From Proteromonas lacertae (taxonomy: Eukaryota), in assembly GCA_002245135.1 (NCBI GenBank), contig NGBS01001233.1, positions 1-38,974 of the forward strand: a stretch of DNA of 38,974 bases, in the 5' to 3' direction. The translations under genes and the position numbers were made by a program. Shown piece by piece: positions 1 to 11,741 of this stretch; positions within the stretch are counted from its first letter, which is position 1, and each line of letters begins with the position of its first letter. The notes beneath the pieces were generated by a model, which did no database searches, was not told the DNA's origin, and saw only the letters and a list, made by a program, of their open reading frames with translations.

Positions 1-1
1 A

Positions 2-829
2 TCTTGTCATATCAGGGCCTCTAAGGAAACCAATGCTGATGGATCTGGGTATTATAAGACTTGTAGTAGATGCCGAGAAAGAGCAAGTAGACGCACAATC
101 ACTCTTATTGAGAAGCATCACAAGGAAAGGAACTTGTTGAAGAATGATACTAAGCCCGTAAGCGATAAGCTATCCTGCAGTAGATGTCATCGAAGCTTAA
201 GTCTATTGTTCTTTAAGAATCCCGATGGAGGTTACTTCAATTGTTGCCATCGTTGTAGGTGTAGAAGGAGCCTGGCTAAACATAAGCAACAGTCCAAGAA
301 CTCCACCAATGCTACTCCCGATCCAGCTCTTGACGAATTAAGGACAAGGATGAACCTAAAAATCCAACGCAATAGACAAGAGATAGTGAAGATGATCAAG
401 GAGAACTCCGATCTATTCAACTGGGATGAAGTCTTCAATCAGACCTTTATAACTCCATGCAATAATTATCAACCAGCAAAAGAGCCTTGCAAGACCTTGA
501 TCTCGTTAGCATTAAGGAACAAGCAAGTCAAGATAGAGATAGATCCTCCGGTAAAGCCACTTCCAACCTGCTGCTTTATTACTCTCTACGATTGCTTAAG
601 CATATTCAAGAATGATCTTCAACACGAGGTAGATTCAGCAAAGAATCGTAAAGACCTTGATAATCCTCCTGTAAAGAGACCGATAACAAAACTCTCAGTA
701 TCATCACGAGGTGCTTCAAGTGATCCTCCAGCGAAGCATCTAAAGCTAGCTTCTGAAGCAACTCCTTACCCGGCGAAGTCATCAGAAGCAGTAGTAGTAA
801 ACGCATCTACTGATAAGGAACGTGATTAA
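2..829 (+). CDS. Tandem CxxC..CxxCR zinc-finger protein (5'-partial)
   Basis: The frame of ORF 134..829 is open back to base 2 and adds SCHIRASKETNADGSGYYKTCSRCRER, a second copy of the motif CSRCHR..DGGYFNCCHRCR. Confidence 0.6.
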   Translation, partial: SCHIRASKETNADGSGYYKTCSRCRERASRRTITLIEKHHKERNLLKNDTKPVSDKLSCSRCHRSLSLLFFKNPDGGYFNCCHRCRCRRSLAKHKQQSKNSTNATPDPALDELRTRMNLKIQRNRQEIVKMIKENSDLFNWDEVFNQTFITPCNNYQPAKEPCKTLISLALRNKQVKIEIDPPVKPLPTCCFITLYDCLSIFKNDLQHEVDSAKNRKDLDNPPVKRPITKLSVSSRGASSDPPAKHLKLASEATPYPAKSSEAVVVNASTDKERD

Positions 830-1924
830 CATTGTTGGTACATAGTAAAATGTTACCTTGGGTATGACCGAGGACAATAGAAATAATCAATTCAAGGAGC
901 CTTACGGAGATGAGCAACTCAAGGACATGGTAAGTAATCAATTCAATAAACTAAAGGAGTCTTGGATAAGTTAATGATAGTAAGGACATCAACAACCCCG
1001 AGATAACAACCTTGGATCAATGACTCTGAAGATCATGAAGTAGTTGTAGGTACATAAAGAGTTACAATTGCAGACTATAGGAAGTGTGATCGATAATCCT
1101 TTACATGAGTAGTCCTTACTTATGATGCTAGGAATCATTACTAGTAAGTAAGTAAGTAGACCAGAGATATCGTATACTCCTCAAGTAGCAACACTGGCAT
1201 AGATGTCCAAGAGTCTATAAGCTATCGATCGTAAGGTGATTATCAGTAGATAGGTAAATACACTGACTTCAATAACAATACCGAGACTAGTAGTGATCAG
1301 ACTGAAGGCTAGTACATTACTGAGGATCAACAACTTCGATGAACTAGAACTAGAAGGAATTGTCACTTGAGGGGTTACCATCAGTTCAAGAGAGAGGTAT
1401 CGGTAAAGATCACAAGTAGTTCTTCAAGAGATGTTAAGGATGAGATCAACTCTAACTTCAACAGTCAGTCTCAAGGTACTTACCAGAGTGAAGACAAAGT
1501 ACTTTATAGGTAATGCCTGCCACGTCCGAGAAGTCCAAGAAGGTAAAGGAGCATCTGGAATAGAGACGATTAGTAGATCCTTGGAAGTCAAAGGTGCAAG
1601 TGAAGTCTACGGAGAGAGTAGTTGAACTTCAAAGGAGGCTTCTGACCATCGTATAAGTCTTATCGGAATAGAAGCATTGTAAGTTAAGATGGTAGATGAT
1701 GATCGAGACTATGAAGTTCACAGCATAGAGATCACGCAACTCATTACAAAGACCGATAAAGTCATCTACATCCATCAGCTAGTAATCGTAAGGAGTTGAA
1801 GTTCATCGTGTGGATAGAGTAAGCAAGGTACTTCTCGGGAGGTAGGTAAAGCTGTTGAAGGCCAGGACATGTTATGATATAAGAGATACCTGAGAAGTCA
1901 TCTAAGTAAAGTAGCTCCTGGATC

Positions 1925-1934
1925 TATAAATAAA
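1925..1934 (+). promoter_or_regulatory. TATA-like box upstream of the fibre-like gene
   Basis: TATAAATAAA about 30-38 nt before ATG 1963, in otherwise GC-richer DNA. Confidence 0.35.
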
Positions 1935-1962
1935 GTTCTAATCTGGAATCATTACCTAGGCA

Positions 1963-4419
1963 ATGTTCAACACCGGGAACAACTTACGGGAGAACGATGA
2001 GGAGATGTTAAGGTTACTTAATACTATCGACAAGACTACTTACGATGTGAAGCAAAAGATAGATGGAAAGGTCGTTGTTAAGTATGATAAGGACGTGTTG
2101 TTCCAAGACTCCCAGGAAGTGATTCAAAAGGCTTTGAGTTCTGGTGAACTCAAGGCCGTGATAGACTATGATAAGATCAATCCTCCATTGGTAAGCACTA
2201 TCCAAGAAGTCCGAGGAACACCAGTCAGTATCAATCAGAAGCAACAAGAAGAAGTAACCTCATCCACAACAGCTATCAAGAGAAAGTTGGATGATCACTC
2301 GGAGGAGTCATCTACGAAGTTGGCTAAGCTAGAGACTGATCATCATCAACTCCATGAGTACCTTCAAGGTACCTTACAACCAGATCATAAAGCTATTCAA
2401 TCGACCTTAAAGGAAGTGCTAGATGAGACTGATAAGATTGAAGGTATCGATCAGAAGCTCCAGGAAGTCAAGAACCTATGTACTTTGCTTAACAACAAGA
2501 TCCCTAAAGACTTCGGAGAGACAACTATCACATCCTTGAGCAATATTGCTACTTGCAGCAATGAACTTAAGCACTACACGGAGAAGCAATTACCAGAGTT
2601 GTATAAGAGCATGGAGGATGTAAGCTATATCCTTGAATCCACCAACACTTCAATCGATCAATTGAAAGCATCGGAGGATGAGAAATTGGATCGTCTAAGT
2701 ACCTTGTTGAAGTCATTATGCGAGAGTCTCAACATCGGGGATGTTAACGTCTACGATATGATCAAGTACATCACTACGATGGATGATAAGAGCCTTACGA
2801 AGCTCACTGACTTAGAGAAGCAGATCAAAGTAGCCTCCGAGGAGTTGATCAAGATGAAGAACAACTACGAGGAGTACAAGGCAATCAATACTGTGATTAA
2901 CAATAACATGATTAAGTTCAAGGAGGTCTTACAAGAGATTGAGATTGCCAATGGTTACAACAAGGACTTCAAGAACCAGATGAATGCTATGGAGGAAGAG
3001 ATCGCCGGGTTGAATGGAGAAGCTGACAAGACGAATACCTTCTGCACTGAGGAGAGAGCTACCGCTATTGACAAGACCAAGGATATTGTAAGTAAGATAG
3101 ATATCGATGATATCAACCAGTATTGTAGTAGCTCACAGAAGGAGAAGATTGATAAAGTCCATGAGCTGATCACCGGCATAGCCATCGAAGATATTAACAA
3201 CTACTGCTCCTTGGAGAGACTTACCATTGTCCAAGAGTATTGAGGAACTGATCAAAGGATTCATTACCGATAAGAGAACTAAGGAGATCGACATACCGAC
3301 AACACAATCAAGGAGTTTTGTACTTTCCCGAGAAGTGCTGCTATCGATGAGACCAACACTGTTGTGAAGCACTTCTGTACTTCGGATCGATCGGAGAAGA
3401 TAGATAAGTGTTATGAGCGTGTCCATGACCTCAACAAGGAGAGTATTAACCAGTTCTGTACTGAAGGCCGAGGTAACTTCATTGATACAACAAAGGCCAA
3501 CACCGATGCAATCAAGATCAAGGTGGATTCTCTAAGTATCAACGATGTGAATGCAACCTGTGGCGTGGCTAGAAGGACTGAAGAAGACAACCTCCGAAGG
3601 AACTTGGATGGCTTCTTTAACAACACTCGTAAAGGACTCATCGACACAGCTATCAACAATGCAGCTGCTATCAGAACCAAGATCGATGGATTCAATACTG
3701 GGAATGTCAATAGCTTCTGTTCACCAGCTCAATTAACCAAGGTCAATGAAGTACATTCAAAGATAGGAGACTGCCAGACAAGAGTCATTGAAGTCCAAGG
3801 CAAAGTCAACAACCTCAACAACCTGGCCGTAACTCAAGTAAACAACATTACCAGTGCAGCTCAATTAAGTAAGATCAACTCAGTCGATAGCAATGTCCAG
3901 GATGTCCAGAAGAAGTTGACCGAGTTGAAGACATCAGTAGAAAGTCTGGCTTCTCAAGGAGATGGATCATCGGAGATCAAGACCGTACTTAACCAGATGA
4001 GTAACACCTTGTCTTCGATATTGAACATGACAGCAGCTAGCATGGACTCTCCTCTGGTGGCAGTTCCCATAAGCTTCTATAGTACAGTAAGACCTGATTG
4101 TAAATTCGAATGTTTACTTAAGGCTTATGTCAATCGTGTAGAGCTGGAGTTCATATCAAGCAGCGGATGGATCGGGAAAGTGTGGGTGAAGGATGTGAAT
4201 GCAAAGGGCTTTGCTAAGTTCAAGGAGTGGTTCCATCTTGATAAGAAGATAAGTCACTGGGTTGTTCCCAATCCTAGAGATCCTAACATGACTGATTATG
4301 ACAGACACTTCCTTGAATTCATCCCCGCCGACAATTCAATTCATTGTGAATTCGGTATGATGCCAGGTAATGGAACAAGAGCAATCTGTATAGATGCTAA
4401 CTTCAATGGTCCTCAATAG
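1963..4419 (+). pseudogene. Fibre/spike-like protein (about 818 aa if repaired): coiled coil, Cys-containing repeats, beta-rich C-terminal head; two compensating frameshifts
   Basis: ORFs 1963..3243 and 3364..4419 share a frame. The +1 frame at 3239-3292 (IEELIKGFITDKRTKEID) and the original frame from 3295 (TDNTIKEFCTFPR...) bridge them. About 11 repeats of type (I/V)NxFC(S/T)xx(R/Q). Confidence 0.55.
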
Positions 4420-4587
4420 TCGATGTGTGTTGGGTGAACTATCGGAGGATAACTATAAGCAGTGACCACCTTCGGAGCTGCCCAACCATGCTGCAAATAG
4501 TTTACCTTGCTTTGTTGGGCAGCAACAACTCCAAGAGATTCAACAACCCTGGATGATGATCAAATGAAAGTTCCTTCTCAATGATCC

Positions 4588-4754
4588 TGGTAATGAAGAA
4601 AGCAGTTCTTCTTCCGGGCATGGACAAGAACGTCTACGACGGAACCTTCCTTACCAAGTCCGATATTGCTCCGCAACATCGTCCTTGGTAAGGAAGCTTC
4701 CTCTGAGACGTTCTTACCCATACTCCGAAAGAGATCACTGCTTCTTCATTACCA
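4588..4754 (-). ncRNA. 167-nt imperfect hairpin, candidate structured RNA
   Basis: Arms of about 82 nt with perfect blocks TGGTAATGAAGAA, AAGAACGTCT and CTTCCTTACCAAG, and a 3-nt loop at 4670-4672. At least five transition mismatches are G-U pairs on the minus strand. Confidence 0.55.
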
Positions 4755-4781
4755 TCACCTCGAGGTAACCAACACTTCTAG

Positions 4782-4913
4782 ATAGCTTCCAGGAGTACTC
4801 GTAGGAGATCGTCTCATAGATAGGTATAAGTAGGTATAGAAATAGCTTCCAAGAGTCCCCGTAGGGAAGTAGACTCCTTAGGAAGTAGACCCCGTAGGAG
4901 GAATTCCGTAGGA
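4782..4913. repeat. Short direct/tandem repeat block
   Basis: ATAGCTTCCA(G/A)GAGT(A/C)C(T/C)CGTAGG at 4782 and 4842 (21/24 identical), a 16-nt tandem GGAAGTAGAC(T/C)CC(T/G)TA twice, and recurrent CGTAGG. Confidence 0.75.
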
Positions 4914-5730
4914 ACCTTACGTAAATGTGACCCTGGTACAATTGTCGGAGTCCCATTTATATAGTATATAGTGGTTAATAAATAAACATATCAATTACAA
5001 AAGAAATAATGTTAAATAAATATTCTAAGATTAAAATGTTAAATCAATATGCGTTTTTATAGCATTTTTCTTAGACTATCGCACATATAATTTGAACTAA
5101 ATATATACCTCACGTTGCTTTTACTTATATAAAATGAGATTTTTTACTTATTTCATTTCTTCACCACTAAACAATTTACACATTAATATGCCAAATAAGA
5201 AATCAACTGACAAAGCAACTATCCTACCTCTCAAAACACATACTACATCACTCAAAAAAAGAAATAATAAAAACAATAAAACCATCACTAAAAATATAGT
5301 CGTTTCAATAATTTAAAAATATCTTTCTTGTTAAGATGGTGTTGTCTACTAAAAATAATATAATTCTAAAGTATTTTACTAGTAGCAATTATTTTGTTGA
5401 ATAGATAAAAGGTATGACCTCATTGAGCGTTATTGAAGCAATTTAATAAGATGAATATTTAAGCAATAAAGTTCCATTGTTCAATAAAAAATTGAAATGA
5501 TTCGAAATATTCTAATAGTTCCATTATTTCAATAGTTGTATTAATGTAATAATCACATTATTTTATACCAAACACAGTTTTATAGAAATATGAGAATAAG
5601 AAGTTCGATTTAGAAAAATATTCAAAAATTGTTTAATATTTGGGAATAGAGTAAGATATAAGTAAATAGAGATAATATGCATATGTTTTAATGTATTTAT
5701 TAATTGCTATTCTTATTCAATAAGAATGTA

Positions 5731-7510
5731 TCATTCTGCAATATAGAGTTCCGCCATATTGGTAACAACATTCTTGATATCTTGGAGAAACGATGATATG
5801 AATGAACTAGTGTCACTGCAGTTGAACGTGAATTCTTTACCTTTACTGAGTAATGATAAGTACCTTGGACTTCTTATGAGTAGAAGTAGCCATAGGCTCA
5901 CGCTGTTGTAATTCAAGGCTAGAGGAAGTACGGGTAGATAATGCTTGTTGAGTATTCATAAGGCAATGTCTTTCTCTCTCTCTCTCGGAGGATCAGAAAA
6001 AAATGAATACAGAGATGCCTGATATTATAAGTCCATCCCAAGAACATCTGCATTATCAGTAGAAGGATGGTAATCAAGATACATCGGATAAATCTAACAA
6101 CATCTACTATACTCAATAGCTGGGTGATCTTCAAGGAACATCTGGACGTTCAAGACAAGGAGGATTCAAAAGACTCTTACCAGCGCTTCGCCATGACAGA
6201 AGAACTCACGGAAGCTATAACTCCAGTAGCGACAACTTCTTTCAGCGACAAGCACAAAGCGATCAAAGTCAAAATCCATTACTCGGTAAGATCCAAGGAA
6301 GTGAACGATTAAGTAAATTGGTAACTCCCGCCGGAAGAAGTTCCGAAATGTTAACATTCCGAAGTGAGTTGTGAATCGACATTCCCGGCATTGATCAATT
6401 TTCTTGCCTTTCAATCATGGTCATCTCAACTACTAATAGATCGATTGCTCCTTACCGTCCTCCTTTAGTTATGGAGGCTATACTTCATGGTCAACCTCAA
6501 ATAGCCTTCATAAAAGCAATGCCTTATGAACACACTCACATGGAGTATAGCAATAGCCCGCAATTTGTTAATGGATTACTAGGACTCACCAGCCAAGATA
6601 ATCCTTGTAATTTGATTTTGATCAAAGATGTTCCCTTAACAACCTCAGGGTTGAAGATCATAGCATCATGCAGCAACTGGACTATACCATCGGTGAGCTC
6701 CTTATGCAATGTATGAGCCTATCTTCAAATCTACCGATAGTGATCCTTACCAATGCTACTCGAGATCATGTCTTTAACATCACTGATAAATATAACTTCT
6801 TCGTCCTCTCGGCAAAGGAACGATACGGACAATTGAGTTACAATAACAAGATGTGGAAGGTGGAAGCACTGCAATGGATCATGAACTACTACTTCGATGG
6901 CCCAATAACTTAGGGTACTTGATAAGGATCCCTTGGATGCACTTCATCTATCAGTTTCAATCCTTAAGAAGGCGATTCAACTAGAAGTAGGCCAGGCTGC
7001 TGATGGAGAGAAGCTCATTGGTACCATAGAGAAGTTGAACCTCAACCTTGCTTCCTTCTGTAGAGATCTCCGATCCTTCCACGTCCACTTAAAGAAGTAA
7101 TTAATTAGTCTTTGTTTATTGTTTGTTGTCTTTGCTTAAATAACACTAAGCGTCCTCGTAAGTGATAATGTTCTTGGACCTTTATGTAAAGTCGTAGGAA
7201 GCAGATTGAGCTTCATAAGGTGATGATGGAACTTGGCAGAAAGGTTCTCAAAGTATATACAGTCATTATCAGGAGTAGGATCGGTATATCTGACCATCAC
7301 TCCGAGATTCCTTATCTGTTGCTTCCTTATTGTTAAAGATCACGTACTTAGCTTCTTCATTCAAGGTGATCTCCTCCTACACATAATTGTAAAGGGCATC
7401 TAGGAACTAGTTCAAACAACATCGCTTGCATTCTTTAAGCGTCTTATCATGTTCTAACCCTTTGTTCATAACTTGATCTAGATTCTCCCAACTTGTTCTA
7501 AATCTCTATT
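5731..7510. mobile_element. Second GC-richer decayed island with the same codon style as 1-4975
   Basis: Compositional shift. Broken ORFs on both strands (6004-7100 plus, 7140-7500 minus) with in-frame TAG stops and frameshifts. Confidence 0.4.
6417..7100 (+). pseudogene. Fragmented ORF, possibly a PD-(D/E)XK-like nuclease remnant
   Basis: Overlapping ORFs 6417..6716 and 6668..6913 plus a further frame ending at TAA 7098-7100. QLDYTIGELLMQC..LPIVILTN loosely resembles Crinkler-type REase C-terminal motifs. Confidence 0.25.
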
Positions 7511-7539
7511 ATAAGGAATGCAATTATGCACTCTTGTTG

Positions 7540-7993
7540 TACACCGTTGGGAGATAAATGGGTTTAGATTACGTTGAAGTTATAAACGTAACCTTAAGCT
7601 TAGTTTTCAAAATAGTTACGTTGGCTGCATATCGTATTGTTCTGTTTAACATCTATAACATTAGCAGAAAACGAAATATAGTAACTTTAATTTCTATATA
7701 CTTAATATTGAGATTGTAAAAGTAAGCTTGAAAGAAGGTTGAGCTCGATTTTTACTTTTCTCAGCTGATGTATTTTTCATTGTAGTAACGATTGAGATAA
7801 AAAAATATTGAATAAGTAAAATGAGTTTCATATATACAAGGCAGAAGCTTAAAAAAGAATATATCGAATATGTAGCTTATATGCCAAAGTAAGGTTATAT
7901 TTGAATATAACTCACTACCAAACCCTCTACTGTCGAATTAGTTTTTAATAAAAACCCATTTATCTCCCAAAGGCGCAAATCTCCAAAGGCGTA
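7540..7993. mobile_element. Non-autonomous TIR element (MITE) with TA flanks, Tc1/mariner-like
   Basis: TA|CACCGTTGGGAGATAAATGGGTTT on the left. AAACCCATTTATCTCCCAAAGGCG and ATCTCCAAAGGCG|TA on the right. AT-rich non-coding interior. Confidence 0.6.
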
Positions 7994-8184
7994 CGATATT
8001 TATGGTGTTTAACTAAATTAGACATATTAACTTAACATATAAATATGACAATATTAACGAATATTTTTATATTATCTATGTTAGTCTCTATGAGTGGAGG
8101 AAACAAGTTTAAAAAGGCATTAAAATTGCAATTATTCGATGATGATTATGCCCATGTTAGATATACCAAAGTATCCATATAGAT

Positions 8185-9061
8185 TTAGAAGTTACTCTTT
8201 CTTTTAGCAAGAATATTATTCTTTGATTCTCTATTGCAATCAAATTTTTTGATAATTTCATATCCCATTTCATTGAGAATTTGAAACATATTTTCTATTT
8301 CATAATTTCCATTCTTCTTCTTTCTTCCACATCCTACCTCCATATATATAAATTCGGATACATGAGTTTTAAAAAAAATTCTTTCCTCCATCAATTAGCT
8401 CATATTCAGCACCCTCTACATCTATTTTTATCATAGCAATTCTTTTAGGAATAATTTTGTCAAATTGATCTAGTCTTTTTACATGTATATATTCCTTATA
8501 ATCACTATGATTATAGTGTAAAGATGAATAACCCCAATTATTCTTCACAATTCTCATTATTTGATTTTCATCCCTCTTTCCTAAAGCATATGGGTATATA
8601 TTTATTAACTTAGAAAATTTATGATTGCTAAATGTAGTTAAACTGAATGGAAACAAATTATTTGGAAGAGGTTCAAATGCAATAACTTTTACATTTGCAC
8701 TAGCAAACACAAAAGAGCATGAACCAATATTTGCTCCAAAATCAACAAATATCCCATTCTTACTTCCAGATAAATATATGTTATAAATCTCTTGACATTC
8801 AGGCCATTTACCTTTAATTCTAATGATGTTAGACACGTAGTCATCATTTCTTATAACTTGAGCAAATGACATGTTTGAATATTTTGCTTGAGTAAAATAA
8901 TATGATTGATTATTTAATATAGTAGGTACTGTTACATATTTTAACATTTTTATATTTTTATTATTACTAATATTCTCCTTAGATACTATTTTATATTTAT
9001 ATGATACAAAGATAATAAATATAAACACTATTAATAATGCATATAAAACCAAAAATTTCAT
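8185..9061 (-). CDS. FkbM-family SAM-dependent methyltransferase with N-terminal signal anchor (1-nt frameshift at 8371-8378)
   Basis: Motifs FVDFGANIG, AFEP, PYALG and MIKIDVEGAE. Removing one T from the T8 run joins ORF 8369..9061 to 8185..8394 (GGKNFFKTHVSEFIYMEVG). Confidence 0.85.
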
Positions 9062-9881
9062 TCTATTATTAATTCTATTAAAATATTTAATACTGAAATG
9101 AAAGAAATCTATTTGTAATTAAAAACAATAGTAATGTGAATATTTTTGATTATTTAATATTGAAATTTAATTGTTTATTAATAGTAGAATCAAAAATGGG
9201 TTTGGCTTGACCATCCCATCCTCTTTTAATACTATACATATGCATTGTCTTTATATTTTTGTACTCTTTACAAGCTTGACTTGATAGAGTTTTTATAAAA
9301 TAAAAGAAAACTACTTCGAACGATTTGGAATTTAGGCTCGAGCTTGACTTATTTTATTTTGTTAAATAGAAAGAGATATGGAATTTTATATTTTCAAAAA
9401 TATATATTATGATGTATTTATTTATGATATATTAGAAAAATCATATAAAAAACAAAAGAAAGTTAAAAAAAAATGAATCGAACGTTCGAGCCAAATCGAA
9501 CGATATTTTTGAAACTACTATTATAACCATATTAAACTATTTTGAGAAGTTCATTATGATGTTGTTCAGCTTTAAAACAAACTAAATGCATATTCTTGCT
9601 AATTTAAATGAAAAATTGTTACTTTTATGCTTAGTTAATCATTTCAGCTAATGTATTTTAGTTTATATTAGCTAAATATGCATTTAGATTGCTTCAAAAA
9701 TTTCTAGAAAACAAACGGCGCAAATATTTAAACTATTTATATTAACAAAAAAGTATACTGCAGATGTAGGTCATATAACAAAGTAAGTATAAAAGTAACT
9801 ATTCTTTATCTAAATAAATCAGAATATGCAACAGTATATATAAAATGCATTTAATTAAATTTTATGTTTTAATGTTTCATT

Positions 9882-10100
9882 CACTGATAGAGACTAAAAT
9901 ACAGTTACTTAGATGATTAGAATTAATAAACATTTACTTATACCTGTCTATAAAAGAAATGTAAAAAGTTGGCTTGAGATGATCTAAATATTGGCTTGAG
10001 AGAGGCTTGAATTAATTTTTAGTTTTTGGTTTTTAAGTGTCTTCTTACAAAAATCTATGTACTTTAATCATTTCAGTAAATTTGATTTAGTCTCTATCAG
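9882..10100. repeat. Short element bounded by 15-bp inverted repeats
   Basis: CTGATAGAGACTAAA (9884-9898) and its exact reverse complement TTTAGTCTCTATCAG (10086-10100). A related end lies at 8081-8096. Confidence 0.5.
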
Positions 10101-10206
10101 ATTTTAACTCTTTCTAATTTCTATTTCAATCATTTTTCCATAAAAAACAATTTTAACTAAGTCATTTTGTATTTCTTGAATATTTGATTCTAATTAGTTG
10201 CTATAA

Positions 10207-11043
10207 ATGAAAGGCTTCAATGTTATTGTATTGTTAATTTTAATTATTATAATATATTCTACAAAACAAAGAAAACAAAGTTATTTCATTTCCAAAACTT
10301 TTTTTCAAATGTGGTATTATTTAGCTTTTTATATAACTAACAAAAATTCTTCAATAGCTGTAGCGCGTTATAACGATGGAGAATATCTAATTATGAACAA
10401 GAAAAAAATAGCTGTAAATACACAAGCGTATGTTGTAGATAAATTTCATTTCAATGGAGGTAATTCAAAATTAGGAAAAGATTTGATTACATCATTAACT
10501 GGTCAATATGGTAAGAATTATTTCTATTGTTTACCTTTGTATAACCCATTATTCTCAAATTTATATAACAGAACAGAACAAAAATTGGATTATATTTTTA
10601 GCGCTAACATATTTGTTAGAAGTAATTATGTAAAAACAAAACAATTACTACAATCTGTTATTCATGATGAAAATAACACAATAATATTACTTTGCAATGA
10701 AAATGTAAAATTTACTAACTTTGCAGAAGAGGTATTATATTTTCCTAATGAAATTGTTGATTATTATGAAAGAAATGAAAAGGATATAATATATAAAGTA
10801 AGAAGATTAGCAATGAAATACTATAACAGATTATTCATTTTATCTGTTGGACCATTATCAGAAGTGTTAATTTGGAATATGTTTAATGTAAATCCAAATA
10901 ATAGATACATTGATTTTGGTTCAAGTGTTGACGAATTAATTAAACAAAAAGCAACAAGAGAATATGTTAATCAATATTCAAAAAGTAGTAAACAAACAGA
11001 CAAAAGAATAGTTAAATCCAATCATGTTATTTCATTTCAGTGA
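10207..11043 (+). CDS. GT-D fold (DUF1792-like) glycosyltransferase with signal anchor
   Basis: VARYNDGE, ILSVGPLSEVL and YIDFGS match the RFGDGE / SLGP / IDIG motifs of GT-D proteins. Hydrophobic N-terminus. Confidence 0.65.
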   Translation: MKGFNVIVLLILIIIIYSTKQRKQSYFISKTFFQMWYYLAFYITNKNSSIAVARYNDGEYLIMNKKKIAVNTQAYVVDKFHFNGGNSKLGKDLITSLTGQYGKNYFYCLPLYNPLFSNLYNRTEQKLDYIFSANIFVRSNYVKTKQLLQSVIHDENNTIILLCNENVKFTNFAEEVLYFPNEIVDYYERNEKDIIYKVRRLAMKYYNRLFILSVGPLSEVLIWNMFNVNPNNRYIDFGSSVDELIKQKATREYVNQYSKSSKQTDKRIVKSNHVISFQ

Positions 11044-11741
11044 AAATATAAATATTGTTTATATTGTTATTATAATATATATAGCCTTCATAGTAACAAC
11101 TACTAGATATATTAAAATAATCATTTATATGAGTTCATGCAATAGATTTTAATATTTAAATATAACTCTTACTTCATTCAATAAACATATGACAACATAT
11201 GAAAATATAGTATATGAAATAATAATTTTGATCAAGGAACTAAAGAATTAAGAAGTACAAATTACTTGAATAAGAATAAAATAAGAAATATCTTCTATAT
11301 AAATCCAAATGGATATATCTATACATATAATATTATATTCTCCTTCTTTTATACTAAGTATGTAATATTAATTGATGATGACAGACCTTTAAAATTAAAT
11401 TTAGAGAAGTATTTAAATCATCCTAATTTCATTGAAATGAGCATAAATATTATGGATAAACGAAATGATATTTATGGTTTTTTATTAAAGTCTGAAGGAG
11501 ATGGAATAGTAGAATGTTATTATGAAGCATATATACACTTGATAAACTATTGTAAAGTAATAAAAGCATATGCAGGATATTATTACAGTAATGGAGCATC
11601 AATATACAAGAGTGAAGAATTGAAGAGAATAACTTCATATAATGGAGAACAAAATTTAGTAATAGATGCAACTATTTAATTGAACATATAGGTATAAAAA
11701 GTTGTTATGACATTTACATACAATCTGAAGAAATATTTTGA
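11024..11741 (+). pseudogene. GT2/GT-A glycosyltransferase pseudogene
   Basis: ATG 11024 gives a TM segment, then SSCNRF*YLNITL, IIIxDQG, YVILIDDD and IEHIG. In-frame TAA near 11149 plus frameshifts. Confidence 0.6.

Larger units (their letters stand above)
1..4975. mobile_element. GC-richer virus-like (Polinton/virophage-like?) endogenous segment, 5' end outside the window
   Basis: Sharp compositional contrast with the AT-rich DNA from about 4980 onward. No introns seen, and codons favour AAG/GAG/ATC/TTC. Carries Zn-finger and fibre-like ORFs and ends in a repeat/hairpin block. No capsid, polymerase or packaging ATPase is recognisable, so viral identity is inferred. Confidence 0.45.

Noticed and set aside
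830..1900. Short ORFs 1181..1381 and 1431..1625
   Set aside because: Coding-like composition but all frames are interrupted, and no product or strand could be supported.
3236..3295. Programmed frameshift or TGA readthrough in the fibre gene
   Set aside because: It needs two opposite shifts about 55 nt apart, there is no slippery heptamer, and a second in-frame stop follows. Indels are more plausible.
4588..4754. Viroid/ribozyme or terminal DNA hairpin of a linear virus
   Set aside because: No hammerhead core seen, and the flanks are not inverted repeats as a concatemer junction would require.
4782..4913. CRISPR-like repeats
   Set aside because: Only two degenerate 24-nt copies, no array, no cas genes, eukaryotic context.
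6646..6653. CAGGGTTG as the left TIR partner of the hAT end at 32105
   Set aside because: The match stops after 8 bp, lies within another decayed ORF, and lacks subterminal repeats and a matching 8-bp TSD.
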